A DNA stretch of 64,000 bases from NCBI GenBank assembly GCA_016182565.1, contig JACPGI010000004.1, positions 40,321 to 104,320 on the forward strand, in the 5' to 3' direction. The notes under the pieces are model-generated. The model made no database searches, was not told the origin of the DNA, and saw only the letters and a program-made list of their open reading frames with translations. The position numbers were made by a program, and so were the translations under genes. This stretch comes from a candidate division WWE3 bacterium (GTDB lineage Bacteria; Patescibacteriota; WWE3; UBA101185; UBA10185). Shown here piece after piece: positions 47,146-56,026 of this stretch (its first letter is position 1; the number at the start of each line of letters is the position of its first letter).

Positions 47146-48078
47146 TTAGTTTAGGGTTTGTGGTTTTTTCCAGTATTTTTTTATCAACCATACAACCACT
47201 ATTAATGGGATCCAGATTATTGAATAAACTGCAATCCAAATAAGTCCGCCAGCCATGTTTCTAGCATTTTCAACTAATGATCTGACAGCGTACTTAAATA
47301 CTAACTTAGCATTCCATCTACTCTCTGGTGCAAATGGTAATTCAAGCTCATCGGTAGACATGTAGACTGTAATTAATGTGGATCTTGAAGATTGAGTCAT
47401 ATATTCTATTTGCCCCTTTATATCATCGATTTGTTGCTCAATGCCAATAATTCGGTCGGTAACTATAAGGATTTGTTCCACATCATTTGTATTTTTTAAA
47501 ATCTCCTCATATTTTATTTTTGTTGTTTGAAGAGTTTTTAGCCTTTCTTCGGTATCAACAAATTGATCTGTAATGTCATCACCATTTATATTCTCTGTGA
47601 CTACTTTAACAGCGCTGTTTCGAAGAAATCCAAGCATAGTCTCTAAGTTATTTGCTGGAACTCTTATCGTGATATTTCCTGAGGAAAGTCCTTCTGGTGA
47701 GCTAATACTAGAATTTACCACATACCCCCCAACCTTTGTGGCTTGCTTGGAAGCTATTTCAATTGACTCCCGGACATTTTTAACAAGAAGTGATAAATAT
47801 GAGTTCGTGACCACCATACGGTCAGTAATATCTAATCTTGGTATAGAAGACCCAAAATCTCCTGGTATTGGCATCCTCTCATCTCCAACTGTCAGAGATT
47901 TATTCTGGTATTCATCATAATACCCCCCATTGCCGCTAAATGGTGAGGCTGGGACACCTTTAAATCTATTGAAGGATATTGGACTGGCACCAATTCCACC
48001 AAATGCAATAAAAGCTAGTACAATTATTAATACTGTGGGCACTTTATTGGATTTTATCCATAATAATATGTTGTTCAT
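47146..48078 (-). CDS. DUF4349 domain membrane-anchored protein
   Basis: GGYVVNS, ITIRVP, DITDQFVD, coiled coil, C-terminal TM. Confidence 0.85.
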   Translation of the reverse strand: MNNILLWIKSNKVPTVLIIVLAFIAFGGIGASPISFNRFKGVPASPFSGNGGYYDEYQNKSLTVGDERMPIPGDFGSSIPRLDITDRMVVTNSYLSLLVKNVRESIEIASKQATKVGGYVVNSSISSPEGLSSGNITIRVPANNLETMLGFLRNSAVKVVTENINGDDITDQFVDTEERLKTLQTTKIKYEEILKNTNDVEQILIVTDRIIGIEQQIDDIKGQIEYMTQSSRSTLITVYMSTDELELPFAPESRWNAKLVFKYAVRSLVENARNMAGGLIWIAVYSIIWIPLIVVVWLIKKYWKKPQTLN

Positions 48079-48216
48079 ATAGTAATTATCACACAACTTG
48101 TTTTAATATTCCAACCTAACAGCTCTAACATCTACTACACCAATCTACTTTTGAACCTTCGAATCTAGGTTCTAACTCTAAATTTTTCAAGTACAGATTT
48201 AGTTCAGAATTATTTC

Positions 48217-49896
48217 TTACTTTACATTGTACCAACCAGATGGGTAGGATGAGTAGGATACTTCGGGAGAATAGTCACCTGATCTGCAACCATTGATTCC
48301 TTTCATTTTGATGTTTTGCCATGTGGTTACATTTTCTAGGAAGATGTTACCATCGTTTCTTGTTTTAGCTATTTCCCATGGGAAGTTTCCAGTCCCATCA
48401 TCTATCTTTATTTTTACATAGTCTGCGCTGTACTGTGTCCAGGTTACAAACATTCCAGTTACACCATCTTTTTCTATAGGCTCAAACTTGATCCAGGTAG
48501 TATCATCTGGTTTTCTATCATTACATGAGGTGTCTTCAAGATAGGTTGTAGTGTATAAGGGAGTCATGAAGTGGATGTGGATGGCACCTCTATCAGTTCC
48601 TCCGTTGTCGTCTCTATATGCGCCAACTGCGATATCTGCTACGTTGTCATCATTCAAATCGCCTATGTTTGCAATCGAGGCGCCATAAAGATCGCTGTCA
48701 CTAAGAGTTGGCCCATTTGTCGTACCATCGTTTATCTCCACCGTACTTTTCACTGACCCATCACTATTCATAAAGTGAATATGAATTGCACCACGATTTG
48801 TTCCACCATTATCATCAGCGTAAGCTCCTACAGCAATATCCTCTATATCATCATCATTCAAGTCCCCAATACCTGCAATTCCTATCCCATACGCATCACT
48901 ATCACTAAGAGTCGGTCCATTTGTCGTACCGTCGTTTATCTCCACCGTACTTTTCACTGAACCATCGCTATTCATGAAGTGGATATGAATTGCACCTCTC
49001 CCAGAACCCCCATTATCATCAGAAGTGGCACCTACAGCTATATCATTAATTCCATCATCATCAAGATCCCCAATATTTTCAAGCGAAAAGCCATAAAGAT
49101 CACCATCACTAAGAGTCGGTCCGTTTGTCGTACTATCGTTTATTTCAACTGTCGATTTCACTGACCCATCACTATTCATAAAGTGAATATGAATTGCACC
49201 ACGATTTGTTCCACCATTATCATCAGCGTAAGCACCTACAGCAATATCAGTAACTCCATCATTGTCGAGATCTCCCATGTTAGCAATCCCTGCCCCATAT
49301 GTATCATTGTCACTAAGAGTCGGTCCATTTGTCGTACCGTCGTTTATCTCAACAGTAGATTTTATAGAACCATCACTATTCATAAAGTGAATATGAATTG
49401 CACCACGATTTGTTCCACCATTATCATCAGCGTAAGCTCCTACAGCAATATCGTTAACGCCATCACCATCAAGATCACCCATATTTTCAGCAGTATTACC
49501 ATAAAAATCACTATCACTAAGATCAGGTCCATTTGTCGTACTATCGTTTATCTCAACTGTTGATTTCACTGACCCATCGCTATTCATGAAGTGGATGCCC
49601 ACTGCTCCCCTTCTTGTACCCCCGGTGTCATCACCATAAATGCCAACAACAAGATCATTAACTCCATCACCATCAAGATCACCAATATTTTCAACAGCAC
49701 TACCATAAAGATCACTATCAATAAGCTCTGGACCGTTTGTAGTAGCATCGTTTATTTCTACTGTTGAAGATATGGAACCATCCCCATAATAATTTTTCCT
49801 TGTTGATGCGGCATGCACATACTTACTATCTAGAATGACAAGAAAGATACTTATAGAAGATAGAATAAAAGCTAAGAACTTATTGTAATTGTGCAT
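48217..49896 (-). CDS. Secreted FG-GAP (integrin-alpha-like) repeat protein
   Basis: Signal peptide; six 68-aa units with YG...GDLDxDGxxDIAVGA..DD..GAIHIHF. Confidence 0.9.
   Translation of the reverse strand: MHNYNKFLAFILSSISIFLVILDSKYVHAASTRKNYYGDGSISSTVEINDATTNGPELIDSDLYGSAVENIGDLDGDGVNDLVVGIYGDDTGGTRRGAVGIHFMNSDGSVKSTVEINDSTTNGPDLSDSDFYGNTAENMGDLDGDGVNDIAVGAYADDNGGTNRGAIHIHFMNSDGSIKSTVEINDGTTNGPTLSDNDTYGAGIANMGDLDNDGVTDIAVGAYADDNGGTNRGAIHIHFMNSDGSVKSTVEINDSTTNGPTLSDGDLYGFSLENIGDLDDDGINDIAVGATSDDNGGSGRGAIHIHFMNSDGSVKSTVEINDGTTNGPTLSDSDAYGIGIAGIGDLNDDDIEDIAVGAYADDNGGTNRGAIHIHFMNSDGSVKSTVEINDGTTNGPTLSDSDLYGASIANIGDLNDDNVADIAVGAYRDDNGGTDRGAIHIHFMTPLYTTTYLEDTSCNDRKPDDTTWIKFEPIEKDGVTGMFVTWTQYSADYVKIKIDDGTGNFPWEIAKTRNDGNIFLENVTTWQNIKMKGINGCRSGDYSPEVSYSSYPSGWYNVK
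48565..49785 (-). repeat. Six ~204-bp tandem coding repeats
   Basis: Near-identical DNA units; antisense ORFs recur at 204-nt intervals (48571, 48775, 48979, 49183). Confidence 0.9.
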
Positions 49897-49947
49897 GGTA
49901 CTATCATCTATTTTTTTGTGATTTAATACAAGGGTTTTTATTCTAAA

Positions 49948-50700
49948 TTATTTTATAAGAGTCATTATTCCAGCTACTAGTACTGCAATACCGATAAGTT
50001 TTTGGGTCCAAGTGTTTTTCCCAAATTTCTCTAACAAAAATTCAGCACCAGCCCCAACTAAAACAAAAGGAAACCCCATCCCAACCCCAAAAGCAATAAG
50101 TAAATAAACCCCTTTCAAAAGTGTCTCTGCCTCACTTGCCCAAAATAAAATTACTCCAAGAACAGGTCCAATACATGGTGTCCAAGCAAGTCCAAACCCC
50201 AAACCTATTATAAAAGAATTGATACTATTCCACTTTGTTAAAAATTTTCTAACATCAAAATGAAATCCTTTATCAAAAATTATAAAGATATTTTCTAGTC
50301 TCAAACGCTTCAAAAACTTGAATTTTGTTGAAGAATCAATATAAGAAAAAAACCCAAGATTATATAAACCTAAAAGCACAAAAAGTATTCCAACAAATAT
50401 TTCAATCTGTTTTTTATAGAAGATAAGTTGGCTATATGCTTTGTTTCCTATAACTCCTAAGATGACAAAGATTAATACAAACCCTATCGTAAAAATTATA
50501 GAGTTAAAAATGATATCTCTGCGTCTTTTTCCCGAGGATTCTTCAATTTCGGTATAAGAAAGACCTGAAATATAGGCTAGGTACGAAGGAACAAGGGGAA
50601 GTAAACAAGACGCAAAAAATGTTAAAAGACCTGCTGCAAATGCAATCCATAGATTTACTATATTCCCATCAAAAATATGAAGTAGTTGAGTAAAAATCAT
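49948..50700 (-). CDS. ccdA: Cytochrome c biogenesis/thiol-disulfide transporter CcdA
   Basis: AGLLTFFASCLLPLVPSY and WTPCIGPVL. Confidence 0.9.
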   Translation of the reverse strand: MIFTQLLHIFDGNIVNLWIAFAAGLLTFFASCLLPLVPSYLAYISGLSYTEIEESSGKRRRDIIFNSIIFTIGFVLIFVILGVIGNKAYSQLIFYKKQIEIFVGILFVLLGLYNLGFFSYIDSSTKFKFLKRLRLENIFIIFDKGFHFDVRKFLTKWNSINSFIIGLGFGLAWTPCIGPVLGVILFWASEAETLLKGVYLLIAFGVGMGFPFVLVGAGAEFLLEKFGKNTWTQKLIGIAVLVAGIMTLIK

Positions 50701-50719
50701 ACGAATCTACTCACACACA

Positions 50720-51484
50720 TTATTTTTTATTTATCATTGCATCGATTGCAGCTTTTAAAGTTGCATAAGGTACAGCACCGGCAAGAAGTTTTGTTTCCCC
50801 AGTTTCAAGATTCATCAAAATGTTTCCTGGAGTGCCATTAATACCGGCGGTTGTTCCACCATCTAGATCTTCATCGACCAATGCTTCTATTGCCTTATCA
50901 GTTAAACAAGCTTTAAATGTGGAAAGTGGTATTCCTGCTGCGACTGCTCCGTCCTCTCTTACCTTATCAGTTAGTGCATTGGCTTTTTCAAACATTGCAT
51001 CAGTAAATTTCCAGAATGCTACCTGGCCACCTAATTTTGCTACACATTCCGAAGCTATAGCAGTAGGTCTTGCTTGCGGATGAAAACTTAATGGAAAGTG
51101 CCTAAATACCCACATTAATTGATCTTTATATTCAGAAATTGCCTTTTGTGCTGTGGGGTGAAAGGATTGGCAATAAGGACATTCATAGTCAGAATATTCA
51201 ATGAGTGCAAATTTAGCGTCGCTTTTTCCTAGAATATGATCTTTTGAGGCATCAGGTTTAATAACTTCACCTAAAACCTCTTCTGGTGGTTGTTGTTGGG
51301 CTGGTGGAGTTGTATTTGCTTGAGGATTTTGTGCTTTTTCTTTTAGCATCTCTACTTGTGTGGAAAGTTTACCCATGAAAAAGGCCCCAATGATAAGAGC
51401 AAGAACTAAAATTATAGAGAAATTATCAGTAAGTTTAAATTTTGGATATTCGGATGAAGTTTGCATATTGTTTTCTTGTGACAT
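50720..51484 (-). CDS. DsbA-family thioredoxin-fold protein
   Basis: EYSDYECPYC, RHFPL, GINGTP; N-terminal anchor. Confidence 0.9.
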   Translation of the reverse strand: MSQENNMQTSSEYPKFKLTDNFSIILVLALIIGAFFMGKLSTQVEMLKEKAQNPQANTTPPAQQQPPEEVLGEVIKPDASKDHILGKSDAKFALIEYSDYECPYCQSFHPTAQKAISEYKDQLMWVFRHFPLSFHPQARPTAIASECVAKLGGQVAFWKFTDAMFEKANALTDKVREDGAVAAGIPLSTFKACLTDKAIEALVDEDLDGGTTAGINGTPGNILMNLETGETKLLAGAVPYATLKAAIDAMINKK

Positions 51485-51612
51485 TAGTTGCCTTTCAATA
51501 AAATATTACAGTGTATTCTTAACAATAAACTCATTTTAGTCAATGCTTTGATATTTATAATAAGAAAACTTACAGGAGGTGTTTTGGAAATATTTTTAGT
51601 TTAAGTGCCCAA

Positions 51613-52851
51613 TTATTTTACAAGCACTATCGCATTTGGCAGGGATCTACCCGGTCCTACTATATATCCACCATTTATATACATTGCAGAACTTCCGCCC
51701 CCGTCTAGATTTAGCGCATCTTTTGCTCCAAGTGCACGCATCACATAAGCAGCGTCGGTAACTGTTGCACCTTGAATGAGAGCAAGATAAAGATTACTTC
51801 CACCAGCACCAACTGCTCCCCTTGTTCCTTTTACACTTTTTTGATAAGAAGTTAATTTATCACTATTTACTACAATGTTTCCGTCCTTAAGAAGTGTTGG
51901 GTAATTTGAGATTCCAGCTGTCACACTATCCCCACTATAATCAGTTGATTTCTTATAAAACTTGGCAGAACTTCCTTTAAAAGTTGCAAGTCCGGTATCA
52001 CTCCAACCAAGAGCTTTATTATTTAACCACTTACCAGATGATGATTTGTAAATTGCAAAATCTGTTGAGTTAATTTTACCTGCGCAATCAGCATAATCAG
52101 GTGGGCAGAAGTAAGACCCATTTATACCAGCATAGCCCCCATTATCTTTGATGTGTTGTTCCAAAGTTTTCGTGGGACAGTTATCTTTGCAAGTGTCAGA
52201 ATTTGCAGTGGCCGTAACTACTTTTACATTTGATAGTGGGACTTTAATTAGGTACACGCCAAAACTTCCCTTTTCAGTACTTACATTTGTATACGAATAA
52301 TCTCCTGAAGAGGTTATCGGTTCTGGTTTTGGTAAACTTGCCAAATAAGTTTGATAGGAAGCTTCAAGAAGTTTTTCTGCTCCTTTGAATTCTACTAGCA
52401 GTCGATCAAAATCTTTATTTAGTAATAGTTCTCCAAAACCTTTTATTTGGTCTTGTGCTTCTTTGGTATCGAGTTTATCTTTTTTGTTTCTTTCAATAAG
52501 TGAGAGAAATAAGGCATACTCATTGTATACATTTGTTATTTTAGTATTTGTATCATTTCCATCCGCTTTGTCTTTGGTAAGTTTTTCTATCTCAGCCTGC
52601 AAATCGGTAAGGATTGGATCAAGTGTAAGGCCTTCTGTAGCTTTTAGATGGTCTATAAAAAGCTCCTCATCTAAATTGGCTTGAAAGTTTATAATCTTAC
52701 TAGATACACTATTTAACTTATTTTTTGTTACTAAGTAATCACTGATAAAAAATGCTAACGCAGGTGCAACAACTACAAATATAAAAGTTGCAATACTTAC
52801 TCTTTTTAGGTTTTGAGATATTGTTATTTTTGGTATATGTAAAAATTTCAT
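51613..52851 (-). CDS. Phosphodiester glycosidase (NAGPA) family protein
   Basis: GINGSYF, TRGAVG, ALNLDGGGSS; N-terminal TM and helical stalk. Confidence 0.85.
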   Translation of the reverse strand: MKFLHIPKITISQNLKRVSIATFIFVVVAPALAFFISDYLVTKNKLNSVSSKIINFQANLDEELFIDHLKATEGLTLDPILTDLQAEIEKLTKDKADGNDTNTKITNVYNEYALFLSLIERNKKDKLDTKEAQDQIKGFGELLLNKDFDRLLVEFKGAEKLLEASYQTYLASLPKPEPITSSGDYSYTNVSTEKGSFGVYLIKVPLSNVKVVTATANSDTCKDNCPTKTLEQHIKDNGGYAGINGSYFCPPDYADCAGKINSTDFAIYKSSSGKWLNNKALGWSDTGLATFKGSSAKFYKKSTDYSGDSVTAGISNYPTLLKDGNIVVNSDKLTSYQKSVKGTRGAVGAGGSNLYLALIQGATVTDAAYVMRALGAKDALNLDGGGSSAMYINGGYIVGPGRSLPNAIVLVK

Positions 52852-52887
52852 GGTTTTCTAACACTTCTTTGTTGTTATATTTATCTC

Positions 52888-54051
52888 TTATTTATTTTGT
52901 CTAAATAGTGCTTTTGCGGTGTCCCAGAAAAACTGATTGTCGTTGTGGAGCTTCTCCCAATACCACCATTCTGCTCCCCATAGGTACAAGTCTTTAAATC
53001 CAGCCCGTTGTGCATAGTCGATGGTTGCATAAAAGTCATTTCTAGACATTGTGTGATCTTTATCATCTTGAGAAAGTTTTGAGTTAAGTCCGGGACCCCA
53101 AGGCTCAGCTTGAAGTTCTGTAACAATTATTTTATCTATTGGCACGCCAAAAAGACCTGCTTTTATTGCGTAAGTCCAATTTTGAAGCGGATATTGAAAA
53201 TAAATGAATTTACCACCGAAAATACCCCAGAAGTCATACCAAATTTTTCGATACATTGAAATTCCAAGATAGTCCCCTATTTTGTAGGTTTTAAACCATA
53301 ATCCTCCCTCACCACTGTCTTGTGAAAGTATGGGTCGTTTAGCATCAAGGCTTCTTACAATATTTACCTCTTTATCAATTTGTTTCATGGTAAATGGGTA
53401 AGGGCAATCTCCAAACGGCCAGAACGGCTCATTTTCTACTTGCCAGATTTTTATTGATGAATGGTGCCTAAGCTCCAGAATAGTTTTTTTGATGTATTCG
53501 TGTAGTTCTTGTTCTCTTAAGTCTTCAGATTCAATTGCACGCCACCATTTAGGTTCAAAACACTCAGGATATCTTGGAACCTTCCTACCTAGCGAAAGAA
53601 TTACATTAACTCCTCTTTTATCTGCCTCTGTTAGTTGCCACTCAATATTACTGTAATCATAGTTATCTTTTGTAGGCTCTGTATCTTCCCAGTAGGCAAC
53701 AAGTCTTAGATTTTCTGCACCAAGATCGTCAAGGATTTGAATATAAGTTTCTTTCCAATCAAGTCCCATTTCAGAAGCATATTTCCAACTGAATGTAATA
53801 CCATAGTTAATATTTTTTTGTGGTATTGGTTTGTAATAAATGAAGAGTAAAACTGGGGTAACTGTAAAAACTATGACAATAACAAGAATTATTCGTACAA
53901 GTTGCAGATGAAAAAAATCTTTAATATCTCTTAATGCTTGAAGAAATTCCTTTTTGTACCATGGTCTTTTCTCATGAAAAACCCCATCATAAGCTTTTTG
54001 AAATATTCCCCTTTTGTACCAAGGCTTTTTTTTAGGCAGTAAATTTATCAT
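52888..54051 (-). CDS. Membrane-anchored clan GH-A glycoside hydrolase (GH5/GH42-like)
   Basis: WQVENEPF acid/base, TELQAEPW nucleophile, LWGAEWW. Confidence 0.75.
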   Translation of the reverse strand: MINLLPKKKPWYKRGIFQKAYDGVFHEKRPWYKKEFLQALRDIKDFFHLQLVRIILVIVIVFTVTPVLLFIYYKPIPQKNINYGITFSWKYASEMGLDWKETYIQILDDLGAENLRLVAYWEDTEPTKDNYDYSNIEWQLTEADKRGVNVILSLGRKVPRYPECFEPKWWRAIESEDLREQELHEYIKKTILELRHHSSIKIWQVENEPFWPFGDCPYPFTMKQIDKEVNIVRSLDAKRPILSQDSGEGGLWFKTYKIGDYLGISMYRKIWYDFWGIFGGKFIYFQYPLQNWTYAIKAGLFGVPIDKIIVTELQAEPWGPGLNSKLSQDDKDHTMSRNDFYATIDYAQRAGFKDLYLWGAEWWYWEKLHNDNQFFWDTAKALFRQNK

Positions 54052-54134
54052 AGTGGTTGTATCAACTTTTTACTTTGATTTTTATCTCTATCTTTTCTCT
54101 ATCTTTATTGTAACGGTATTTCATTCAAAGTCAC

Positions 54135-55343
54135 TCATTCAGTTGGCTCGCTCCCATCAACCTCATTATTCTTACATATTTTTGCATAGTAATAAAAACT
54201 TTTCCTTGGTTTTCTTGCAAGGTTGTTTTCACGATCAATTTCCACAAGGCCAAATTTTGGTTTGTAACCTTGGTGCCACTCAAAGTTATCCATAAGTGAC
54301 CAGTGGAAATATCCTTTTACATCAACCCCAGCCTGAATTGCTTTCCATATTTCGATTAGATGCTCTTTTATGCATTGCCTTCTTAAAGTATCCGTAGCAT
54401 CAGAAAGCCCATTTTCGGTGATATAGATAGGTTTTTTGTATTTTTTTAGAAAAAGTAGTATTTCTTTGATACCTTGTGGATTAATCCACCAACCTATATC
54501 GCTGTAAAAATTGGTGTTGGGGGTTAACTTTAGGTTTTTAAATCTTGATGTGAAATAGTAATTAAGCCCTATAAAATCTACCCTGTTTTTTATTGGCCAC
54601 AGGAAAAAATCTGTATTTAAGAAAAAAAGTACCTTTGTTGCGATGTAGTCTATGACGCTTGTTTCCGAAGCTGCCTCAAACCAAATAATGTTTGTGACAA
54701 GGCCTACAGGTACATCAGAAAGTCTTTTAATTGCATCATAAGCTGCCCTGTGGGACCTCATGAGATTAATTTGCACAATAATTGATTCTATTGGGTTGTG
54801 CTTTTGTGGTGGCCATAATCCTGCAAGGTAAGCAACTGATGCTAGGACTTGAGGCTCATTAAATGTTGCAAACGTATCCGCAAGTGGCCCAAATTCTTTG
54901 GCACAAACCTGTGCATATCTTTTAAAAATTGTGGGTGATTCTGGGTTTACCCAACCGCCTTTTTTTTGAAACCAGTTTGGGTTTGTGAAGTGATGCAAGG
55001 TGATAAAAGTTTTAAGACCTCTTTGTTTGGCGGCTTTGATTACTTTTTTATAATGCTCGATTTCTTTGGTATCAAATTTACCTTCAATAGGCTCTACTCT
55101 TGCCCACTCAATAGAAAATCTTGCGGCATTATTATGCATTTCTTTACACAGATCAAAATCCTCCTCATACCTGTTATATGAATCACACGCTATACCTGAG
55201 GGATCTTTTGGTAATTCTCTATTTTGTGGTTTTGTTACTTCCCATTCCCACCAATCGCTATTTTTATTATCTCCCTCTATTTGATGGGCAGATGTTGCAG
55301 TGCCCCATAAAAAATTATTGGGAAATAGATATTTTGTGGACAT
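54135..55343 (-). CDS. Glycoside hydrolase family 1
   Basis: FLWGTATSAHQIEG, TFNEP, ITENG, DNFEW. Confidence 0.95.
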   Translation of the reverse strand: MSTKYLFPNNFLWGTATSAHQIEGDNKNSDWWEWEVTKPQNRELPKDPSGIACDSYNRYEEDFDLCKEMHNNAARFSIEWARVEPIEGKFDTKEIEHYKKVIKAAKQRGLKTFITLHHFTNPNWFQKKGGWVNPESPTIFKRYAQVCAKEFGPLADTFATFNEPQVLASVAYLAGLWPPQKHNPIESIIVQINLMRSHRAAYDAIKRLSDVPVGLVTNIIWFEAASETSVIDYIATKVLFFLNTDFFLWPIKNRVDFIGLNYYFTSRFKNLKLTPNTNFYSDIGWWINPQGIKEILLFLKKYKKPIYITENGLSDATDTLRRQCIKEHLIEIWKAIQAGVDVKGYFHWSLMDNFEWHQGYKPKFGLVEIDRENNLARKPRKSFYYYAKICKNNEVDGSEPTE

Positions 55344-55481
55344 AACTATATTGTAGAACATTAGGGTGGTGATGATCTAGTGGTGGGATTATTTCCGATG
55401 CCAGAATTTTCTGTAATACGACACCAACCATATATAGGATAACTTATTGACACCAGCAGCTTAAACTCCCAAAATTAAGTT

Positions 55482-55928
55482 ATGCCCAACACAAAAAAAT
55501 TTGATGTAGTTGCTTTTTCTACTCACGGAAGTCATCCAACAAGGAATAGAAATTTTTTCACAAGTGTAAAAAATGCCATGGTTGGTATAAGAACTGGCTG
55601 GGAAGATTCAGGACATGTTAGGTTTCATGTATTTGCCGGTAGCTTAGTTGTGATTTTATCTCTAGTTGTCGGTTTGACGGTTACACAATGGGCAGTGGTT
55701 TTTCTTTTGATTGGGGGGATTATTTCAGCTGAAATAATAAATACGGCAATTGAAAATATTTGTAATCTTCTACGTGATAAAGCTGGTGTCCCCTATGAAT
55801 TTACTGGAAAGGCAAAAGATCTAGCCTCTGGGGCAGTGTTAACTCTAGCATTTGCATCTATTGCTATATTTTGTGTGATTTTTATCCCAAAGATTATCAG
55901 ATTATTAAACTCGTTATTTCTAATCTAA
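55482..55928 (+). CDS. dgkA: Diacylglycerol/undecaprenol kinase (DgkA family)
   Basis: AEIINTAIE, AKDLASGAV, 3 TM. Confidence 0.85.
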   Translation: MPNTKKFDVVAFSTHGSHPTRNRNFFTSVKNAMVGIRTGWEDSGHVRFHVFAGSLVVILSLVVGLTVTQWAVVFLLIGGIISAEIINTAIENICNLLRDKAGVPYEFTGKAKDLASGAVLTLAFASIAIFCVIFIPKIIRLLNSLFLI

Positions 55929-56026
55929 AAATAAGTTTCTACTTGGATCTAGTTTTATCTAAGGATTTTCTAAAGTGTGTATTTTCCCCTAGCCCCACAC
56001 CATCCCTTAAGCGTATAATTCAAACC

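Noticed and set aside
47681-47691. GAGGAAAGTCC RNase P signature
   Set aside because: Antisense within the DUF4349 CDS with no other RNase P elements
48565-49785. CRISPR array or DGR template/variable repeats
   Set aside because: Units are in-frame 204-bp coding repeats with no spacers, no adenine-specific variation evident, and no cas or RT gene
55361-55370. TTAGGGTGGT resembling a T-box motif
   Set aside because: No ACC/GCG continuation, stem I or terminator; not directly upstream of leuS
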